Shown here one piece after another: positions 58,149-64,000 of a stretch of DNA of 64,000 bases. A model generated the notes under the pieces. That model did not search any database and was not told the origin of the DNA. It saw nothing but the letters and a program-made list of their open reading frames with translations. Made by a program: the position numbers and the translations under genes. Numbering within the stretch: position 1 is the stretch's first letter; each line of letters starts with the position of its first letter. This DNA is from an uncultured Pelagibacteraceae bacterium (GTDB taxonomy: Bacteria; Pseudomonadota; Alphaproteobacteria; Pelagibacterales; Pelagibacteraceae), in contig CACOKI010000003.1 in the NCBI GenBank assembly GCA_902627735.1, positions 3,788 to 67,787 of the forward strand, read 5' to 3'.

Positions 58149-59215
58149 AAATAGACGGAAAAGAATATAGAACTATATGGTTTGAAAATAGTACTGTAAA
58201 AATAATAGATCAAACAAAACTTCCACATCAATTTGTTATAAAGGATTTAAAATCAGTAAATGATGCGATTAACGCCATTAAAATTATGCAAGTGAGAGGT
58301 GCACCTTTAATAGGCGCTACAGCAGCTTATGGATTAGTTTTAGCTATAATTGAAAATAATGATCAGTCATTTTTAAAAAAATCAGCAGAAAATTTAATTA
58401 TTTCAAGACCAACAGCTATAAATCTTAAATGGGCAGTTGATAGAATGATGAATAAACTATCAGGCGTTAATAGTGATAAGATTTTAGAAATAGCTTTAAA
58501 TGAAGCAAAAGAAATTTGTGAAGAAGATATAAAGTTTTGTGAAAATATAGGATTAAATGGTCTTAAAATAATTGAGGAAATTTATAATAAAAAAAAAGAT
58601 ACAGTAAATATTTTAACTCATTGTAATGCAGGTTGGCTTGCAACCATTAATTGGGGAACAGCAACTTCTCCAATTTACCATGCGCACAAAAAAGGAATTC
58701 CAGTTCATGTTTGGGCTGATGAAACAAGACCAAGAAACCAGGGAGCCAACTTAACTTCATACGAGTTAAATGAAGAAGGAATTAAAAATACAATCATCGC
58801 AGATAATACTGGTGGAATTTTGATGCAAAGGGGAGAGGTTGATATGTGTATTGTTGGTACAGATAGAACTTTAGCTAATGGTGATGTTTGTAATAAAGTT
58901 GGTACCTACTTAAAAGCATTAGCAGCTCATGACAATAATGTTCCTTTTTATGTAGCTCTCCCAAGCTCAACAATAGATTGGAATATTAAAAATCACAAAG
59001 ACATTCCTATTGAAGAGAGAAACTCTGAAGAACTATCACATGTAGAAGGTTTAGATGAGAGAGGAGATGTAAAAAAAATACAAATTTATCCAAAAAAAAG
59101 TAAAGCTATGAATTTAGCATTCGATGTAACACCTGCTAAATACGTAACAGGTTTGATTACTGAAAAAGGTATTTGTGAAGCATCAGAAAAAGGACTTAAA
59201 AACTTATTCAAATGA
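58145..59215 (+). CDS. mtnA: Methylthioribose-1-phosphate isomerase
   Basis: IDQT, VRGAPLIG, SRPTAINL, THCNAGWLA, ETRP, NKVGT. Confidence 0.95.
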   Translation: MKIDGKEYRTIWFENSTVKIIDQTKLPHQFVIKDLKSVNDAINAIKIMQVRGAPLIGATAAYGLVLAIIENNDQSFLKKSAENLIISRPTAINLKWAVDRMMNKLSGVNSDKILEIALNEAKEICEEDIKFCENIGLNGLKIIEEIYNKKKDTVNILTHCNAGWLATINWGTATSPIYHAHKKGIPVHVWADETRPRNQGANLTSYELNEEGIKNTIIADNTGGILMQRGEVDMCIVGTDRTLANGDVCNKVGTYLKALAAHDNNVPFYVALPSSTIDWNIKNHKDIPIEERNSEELSHVEGLDERGDVKKIQIYPKKSKAMNLAFDVTPAKYVTGLITEKGICEASEKGLKNLFK

Positions 59216-59868
59216 AAAATTTAGATCAAAGAAATCAAATTATTGAATATTCATTAAAATTAAACTCTACAAATCTTTCGCCTCTTAGATCTGGCAATAT
59301 ATCTTTAAGAGGAAGAGAAAATAATACAGAAGGATACTTAATTACTCCATCAGGAAAAAAATATGAAACATTAAAACCTGAAGATATAGTCTTTATGGGT
59401 TTAAATGATGAAGAAGAAAATAAGGACTTAAATAATAAACCTTCATCTGAATGGAGATTTCATAGAGATATTTATGCAAATAAAAAAGAAGCGTATGCTA
59501 TTGTTCATGCTCATTCTCCACACGCAACAGCTGTATCTTCACACGGAAAACCAATACCGCCGTTTCATTACATGGTTGCTCTAGCAGGAGGAGATGACAT
59601 TAAATGTGCTGATTACGCTACTTTTGGAACAGAACAGCTTTCAAAAAATGTAATTAAAGCTTTAGAAAACAGAAGTGCTTGTCTAATGTCAAATCACGGT
59701 CAGGTTGCTTTTGGAAAAAATTTAGACCAAGCTTTTGAACTTGCACAAGAGATAGAAAATATTTGTCATCAATACACTATTGCACTAAAGTTAGGGCAAC
59801 CAAAGATTCTTTCATATAAAGAAATGAAAAAAGTTTTGGACAAAGCTAAAGATTACAAAAAAGGGTAA
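59212..59868 (+). CDS. Class II aldolase (FucA-like), probable MTRu-1-P / 5-deoxyribulose-1-P aldolase
   Basis: SGNIS, ITPSG, PSSEWRFH, HAHS, FHYM, YATFGT, NHG. Confidence 0.85.
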   Translation: MKNLDQRNQIIEYSLKLNSTNLSPLRSGNISLRGRENNTEGYLITPSGKKYETLKPEDIVFMGLNDEEENKDLNNKPSSEWRFHRDIYANKKEAYAIVHAHSPHATAVSSHGKPIPPFHYMVALAGGDDIKCADYATFGTEQLSKNVIKALENRSACLMSNHGQVAFGKNLDQAFELAQEIENICHQYTIALKLGQPKILSYKEMKKVLDKAKDYKKG

Positions 59869-59869
59869 G

Positions 59870-60910
59870 ATGATTAAAGTTGGGGAGCACATTACTCTGG
59901 ATATCATTGGGACTGATAAAGAATATGATCCATCAGTCTTTGAAAAAGTAATTAATGAAATTGCTAGAGCTGCAAAAGTTACAATTCTCAATATTTCCAA
60001 GTATAAATTTGAGCCACAAGGTTTTACAATCTTGGCTTTATTAGCCGAAAGCCATATCAGCTTTCACACATTTCCCGAAAAAGGAATTATAAGTTTTGAT
60101 TTTTTTACTTGTGGAAAAATCAGCCCTTCTATTGCTATTAATATTGTTAAAAAAGAATTTAAACATAAAAGAATAGTAAAAAAAGAGTTTAATAGAGATA
60201 CAAGATCTTTATATCACGATATTTATAGCTCACCTGGCTTACAAAAATCATATGTAGTTAATGATGTATTAGAAGATTTTAGATCTAAAGTTGGTCAACA
60301 TATTGAAATTCTAGATTTAGAACAATTTGGAAAATCTTTATTCATTGATGGTGAGATTCAAGTAGCGTCGACTGATGAACACCTTTATAGCTCTACATTT
60401 GTTGGATCAGGTTTAAAATTAAATAAATCTAATGATAAGGCAGCTATTATAGGTGGGGGAGATGGTGGAGTTGCAAGAGAATGCATTTCTAAAAAATTTA
60501 ATTTTATTGACTGGTACGAACTTGATCCAGAGGTGGTAGAAGTTTGCAACAAACATTTAGGTGATATAGGAAAAAAAGCTACTGAAAAAAATTCAGTTAA
60601 GTGTATATGGGGAGATGCATTTGAAAGTATTAAATCTGTTAAAGATGATACATATAATCATATATTTGTTGATTTAAATGATGATCAATTCTGTATTGAT
60701 CTTGCAGCAAAAAATATGGATTCATTAGTTAGAATCTTAAAACCAAAAGGAGTTATTACTGCACAAGTCGGAAGCCAAGATAAAAAACCCCATCAAGTTG
60801 AAAATTGGTTAAATGTTTTTCACCAATATTTTGGAAACACTAAATTATCAAGGGTTTATGTGCCTAGTTTTGATTGTTCTTGGAATTTTTCATCATCTAT
60901 AAATCATTAA
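59870..60910 (+). CDS. speD-speE: Fused S-adenosylmethionine decarboxylase / aminopropyltransferase
   Basis: LAESHISFHTFPE, DFFTCG (pyruvoyl SpeD) fused to SKVGQHIEI, IDGEIQ, IIGGGDGG, ELD. Confidence 0.9.
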   Translation: MIKVGEHITLDIIGTDKEYDPSVFEKVINEIARAAKVTILNISKYKFEPQGFTILALLAESHISFHTFPEKGIISFDFFTCGKISPSIAINIVKKEFKHKRIVKKEFNRDTRSLYHDIYSSPGLQKSYVVNDVLEDFRSKVGQHIEILDLEQFGKSLFIDGEIQVASTDEHLYSSTFVGSGLKLNKSNDKAAIIGGGDGGVARECISKKFNFIDWYELDPEVVEVCNKHLGDIGKKATEKNSVKCIWGDAFESIKSVKDDTYNHIFVDLNDDQFCIDLAAKNMDSLVRILKPKGVITAQVGSQDKKPHQVENWLNVFHQYFGNTKLSRVYVPSFDCSWNFSSSINH

Positions 60911-60971
60911 ATTTTTCTTTTTTAAATCTTTAATTTGTGAAATACTATTTCTTTTATTAAAGGAGAGAACA

Positions 60972-61799
60972 ATGAATATATTTAAAAAAACTATTTTTTC
61001 AGTTTTATTTTCTTTGTTGGTCATTGGAAATGTAAATGCTGATAAAATTAGAATTGGAACTGAAGGTGCTTACCCTCCATGGAATTCTAAAAACGAAGCC
61101 GGAAAATTGATAGGTTTTGAAGTTGAGTTAGCTTGGACATTATGCAGATACATTGGTCAACAATGTACGATCGTAGAGCAGGACTGGGATGGAATGATAC
61201 CAGCTTTAATTATGAGAAAGTTTGATGCAATAATGGCAGGTATGTCAATTACTGCAGAAAGACAAAAAGCGATTAGTTTTTCTCAGGGTTACGCAGATGA
61301 AGTTGCATCTTTAGCAGTTATGAAAGGCTCTAGTCTTGAAGGTTTAGATACTCCTGCTGGAATTAATTTAACTAAACCTAATGCAGCTGCAAAAAAAGCA
61401 TTAAAAACTCTTACAACAGCATTAGCAGGTAAAACTGTTTGTGTTCAAACTGCTACAATTCACCAAAACTTTTTAGATTCAGGTGATGTTGGAAAAGTAA
61501 ATGTAAGAACTTACAAAACACAAGATGAAGTTAACTTAGATTTAGCATCAGGAAGATGTGATGCTGCATTAGCTGCTGCGGTAGCATTTAGTGATTATGC
61601 AGAAAAATCTGGTAAGCCTGTTGTTTTAACAGGTCCAACTTTTTCAGGTGGTGCATTTGGAAACGGTGTTGGAGTCGGTATTAGAAAAGATGATACTGAA
61701 CTTTTGAAAAAGTTTAACGCTGCAATTAATAAAGCAAGAAAGAACGGAGATATTAGTAGAATAGCTACTAAATGGTTCGGTTTCGACGCTTCTATGTAA
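60972..61799 (+). CDS. Polar amino acid ABC substrate-binding protein (Lys/Arg/Orn/His/octopine family)
   Basis: Signal peptide, GTEGAYPPW, QDWDGMIPAL, MSITAER; AAGGAG RBS. Confidence 0.92.
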   Translation: MNIFKKTIFSVLFSLLVIGNVNADKIRIGTEGAYPPWNSKNEAGKLIGFEVELAWTLCRYIGQQCTIVEQDWDGMIPALIMRKFDAIMAGMSITAERQKAISFSQGYADEVASLAVMKGSSLEGLDTPAGINLTKPNAAAKKALKTLTTALAGKTVCVQTATIHQNFLDSGDVGKVNVRTYKTQDEVNLDLASGRCDAALAAAVAFSDYAEKSGKPVVLTGPTFSGGAFGNGVGVGIRKDDTELLKKFNAAINKARKNGDISRIATKWFGFDASM

Positions 61800-61808
61800 T
61801 TCAATTTT

Positions 61809-61842
61809 AGATTTGGCGACTATCATGTATAGTCGCCAATCT
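61809..61842 (+). other. Intercistronic hairpin between binding protein and permease genes
   Basis: TTGGCGACTAT-CATGT-ATAGTCGCCAA, no U-tract, ends 2 nt before ATG 61845. Confidence 0.75.
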
Positions 61843-61844
61843 GT

Positions 61845-62537
61845 ATGGAACTTCTAGCATTTGGAGATACTGGTTGGGGTGATGAATTATTTCGCGCTAC
61901 CCTAATGACAATAGCTGTATCAATTACAGCAATGTTAATTGGTTTTAGTTTTGCTGCAATATTTACTCCATTAAAGTTATCTAAATTTAAATCATTAAAT
62001 CTAATTGCAAATATTTACACTACAGTCATTAGAGGTGTTCCAGAATTACTAGTTATATATCTTTTCTTTTTTGGAGGAAGTGGAGCAGTTATGTTTGTTG
62101 CTTCTATGTTTGGTTACAATGAATACATAGAAATAAATGCTTTTGTAACTGGTTCGTTTGCTATTGGAATTATATCTGGCGCATATTCTACTGAAGTTTT
62201 TAGAGGTGCTATTCAATCAATTGATAAAGGGCAATTCGAGGCATCAAAAGTTTTAGGCTTTAGTAAATTTAAACAGTTTTATAAGATTATTCTTCCTCAA
62301 ATGTTAAGACTTGCAATTCCTAATTTAAGCAATGTTTGGCAAATAACTCTCAAAGATACATCGCTAATTTCTGTTACAGGTTTAGTTGAGATCATGAGAC
62401 AATCTTATATTGCAGCTGGATCTACAAGAGATCCTTTATTCTTTTATTCTTTTGCAGCAGTTTTGTATTTGTTGCTGACTTTCTTAAGCATGAAACTGAT
62501 TAATAAATTAGAAGTTAAGTATAGTAGGGGATATTGA
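61845..62537 (+). CDS. Polar amino acid ABC permease (HisQ/OccQ type)
   Basis: RGVPELL, EVFRGA, GQFEA, LKDTSL. Confidence 0.92.
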   Translation: MELLAFGDTGWGDELFRATLMTIAVSITAMLIGFSFAAIFTPLKLSKFKSLNLIANIYTTVIRGVPELLVIYLFFFGGSGAVMFVASMFGYNEYIEINAFVTGSFAIGIISGAYSTEVFRGAIQSIDKGQFEASKVLGFSKFKQFYKIILPQMLRLAIPNLSNVWQITLKDTSLISVTGLVEIMRQSYIAAGSTRDPLFFYSFAAVLYLLLTFLSMKLINKLEVKYSRGY

Positions 62538-63211
62538 TGGATTTTGAATTGATGATAAATAGTTTCCCAAAGTTATTAAATGCTGCAGTTATAACTTTAA
62601 AACTTTTATCTGTGTCTTTAATTGTAGGGTTATTTATTGGGCTTTTTTTTTCAATTCTTAGATTAAATAAAAATATTTTTGTTAATAAATTTGCTTATGG
62701 ATATTCATATGTATTTAGAGGAACTCCACTTTTAGTACAGATATTCATTATTTACTTTGGTTTAGGTCAAATCGAATATTTGAGATCAACATTATTATGG
62801 GTAATTTTAAAAGAACCATACTGGTGTGCAATTATTGCTTTTGCACTAAATACAGGTGCCTATACTTCAGAAATATTAAGATCAGCTTTTCAGACAATTA
62901 AACCTGGAATAATTGAAGCTGGACAAAGCTTAGGTATATCAAGCAAAATTATTTTTTACAAGATTCAAATTCCAATAGCTATCAGGCAGTCACTCCCAGC
63001 ATATGGAAATGAAATTATTTTGATGATGAAAGGAACTTCTTTAGCAAGCACAGTTACTATCATGGACTTGACTGGTGTTGCAAAATATATAATTTCTACA
63101 ACTTTTAAACCAATAGAAGTATTTATTGTAGCTGGTGGTATTTATCTATTTATGACTTTTATAATTCATAATGTGATTAAATTTTTAGAAAAAAAATACA
63201 GCTTTAACTAA
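62537..63211 (+). CDS. Polar amino acid ABC permease (HisM/OccM type)
   Basis: FRGTPLLVQ, AYTSEI, PAYGNE, KGTSLAS. Confidence 0.92.
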   Translation: MDFELMINSFPKLLNAAVITLKLLSVSLIVGLFIGLFFSILRLNKNIFVNKFAYGYSYVFRGTPLLVQIFIIYFGLGQIEYLRSTLLWVILKEPYWCAIIAFALNTGAYTSEILRSAFQTIKPGIIEAGQSLGISSKIIFYKIQIPIAIRQSLPAYGNEIILMMKGTSLASTVTIMDLTGVAKYIISTTFKPIEVFIVAGGIYLFMTFIIHNVIKFLEKKYSFN

Positions 63212-64000
63212 AGAATAACCAAATCTAGTTTTTGATTACCCAGTCTTTCGTTACCTTTTTCAGTAACTAGATAAGTTTCACCTAAATTCATAGCTAATTG
63301 ATTTTCAGAATCCATCAAGATCATATGCATAAAGAAAACATTACCTGGCTCAATAATGTATGGATTTCCTGTGTATAACATTGGCCAATCCATCCAATTT
63401 GGAGAAAAAGTTGTACCTAAAGAATAACCACATGCATTCATTCTAGCTTTGTTAAAACCAAGATCATCAAAGGTCTTTGCGTGAGCATCAAAAACTTCTC
63501 CAATCTTAATTCCTGGTATTAATTTATTTTCACAATTCTTTAATGCCTCAATGCATGCCTCATGCATTTTATGATGTTTAGGATCTGCTTTTCCAATAGG
63601 AATAGTTCTAAACATTGCTGAATGATAATGTCTGTAAGTTCCAGCCCATTCTACAGTTAATTGATCTTGATTATTTAAAGTTTGTTTTTCTGCTTGATAA
63701 CGACAAAGAAGAGCATTTTTTCCTGTACCAATAATAAATTCATTTGCGGGATAATCACCACCTCCTTCAAATATAACTCTATTCATTTCTGCTAATATCT
63801 TAGATTCACTTACACCAGCTTTTGCATGTTTCCATACTTCGTCCAAAGCTTTATCAGCAAGTTCTGCAGCTTTTTTTACATAAACGATTTCTTCATCAGA
63901 TTTAACCACTCTCAATTTTGTTATTAAGTCTGACTTATCTTCTATTGTACAATAATCTTCTAAAGATTTGTTAAGTCTAAGTGCATTACGTCCAGTTAAA
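63208..64000 (-). CDS. M24 Xaa-Pro peptidase/creatinase-like protein (ectoine hydrolase DoeA-like), 5' end outside window
   Basis: LRVVKSDEE, GGDYPA, CGYSLG, FFMH; the frame stays open to the window edge. Confidence 0.82.
   Translation of the reverse strand, partial: LTGRNALRLNKSLEDYCTIEDKSDLITKLRVVKSDEEIVYVKKAAELADKALDEVWKHAKAGVSESKILAEMNRVIFEGGGDYPANEFIIGTGKNALLCRYQAEKQTLNNQDQLTVEWAGTYRHYHSAMFRTIPIGKADPKHHKMHEACIEALKNCENKLIPGIKIGEVFDAHAKTFDDLGFNKARMNACGYSLGTTFSPNWMDWPMLYTGNPYIIEPGNVFFMHMILMDSENQLAMNLGETYLVTEKGNERLGNQKLDLVIL

Noticed and set aside
59212-59868. Calling the aldolase mtnB
   Set aside because: PSSEWRFH, FHYM and YATFGT are FucA-type features, and no mtnC/mtnD is nearby.
876-61826. 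Many 60-125 aa ORFs antisense to or nested in long genes (e.g. 876-1073, 8139-8456, 40063-40440, 50671-50973)
   Set aside because: They fully overlap well-supported genes and have no recognisable motifs, so they are treated as shadow frames.
1-64000. CRISPR arrays, IS elements, prophage genes, long tandem repeats, phase-variable homopolymers
   Set aside because: None seen by eye. Poly-A/T runs are ubiquitous at this base composition and do not break frames.

Overview
This is a gene-dense, strongly AT-rich alphaproteobacterial chromosome segment. Gene content, very short spacers and gene order point to SAR11/Pelagibacterales (inference). In order it carries: an IscR-controlled suf operon; glnA; a molybdenum-cofactor block (mog/moaB, aldB-DUF779-split xdhC, msrPQ, moaACDE, SorT/SorA-type sulfite dehydrogenase plus cytochrome c); gabD-FAH-ppc-ccdA-azoR; a run of small uncharacterised genes behind cysE-cysK; an alternative oxidase; a sulfonate cluster (hpsN, pta, comC-like, tauABC, omega-aminotransferase, ald); a GcvT-family dehydrogenase; an AT-rich patch (tandem winged-helix protein, two paralogous tail-anchored small proteins, GT-C-like and GT2 genes) ending at tRNA-Met; guaC-apt / mtnP-mtnA-aldolase-speDE; and a polar amino-acid ABC system. 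I saw no integrase, transposase, CRISPR or rRNA. The best candidates for undescribed biology are: (1) the double-HTH protein, its repeated ACCCA-W3-TG(G/A) DNA motif and the 'RxDINVL' tail-anchored proteins; (2) an aldehyde dehydrogenase with a 65-aa histone-like basic N-terminal tail and a second internal start; (3) a SpeD-SpeE/MTA 'DHAP shunt' module; (4) a giant TauC within a sulfonate-to-sulfate system next to AOX. All calls come from reading motifs by eye; no database searches were run.
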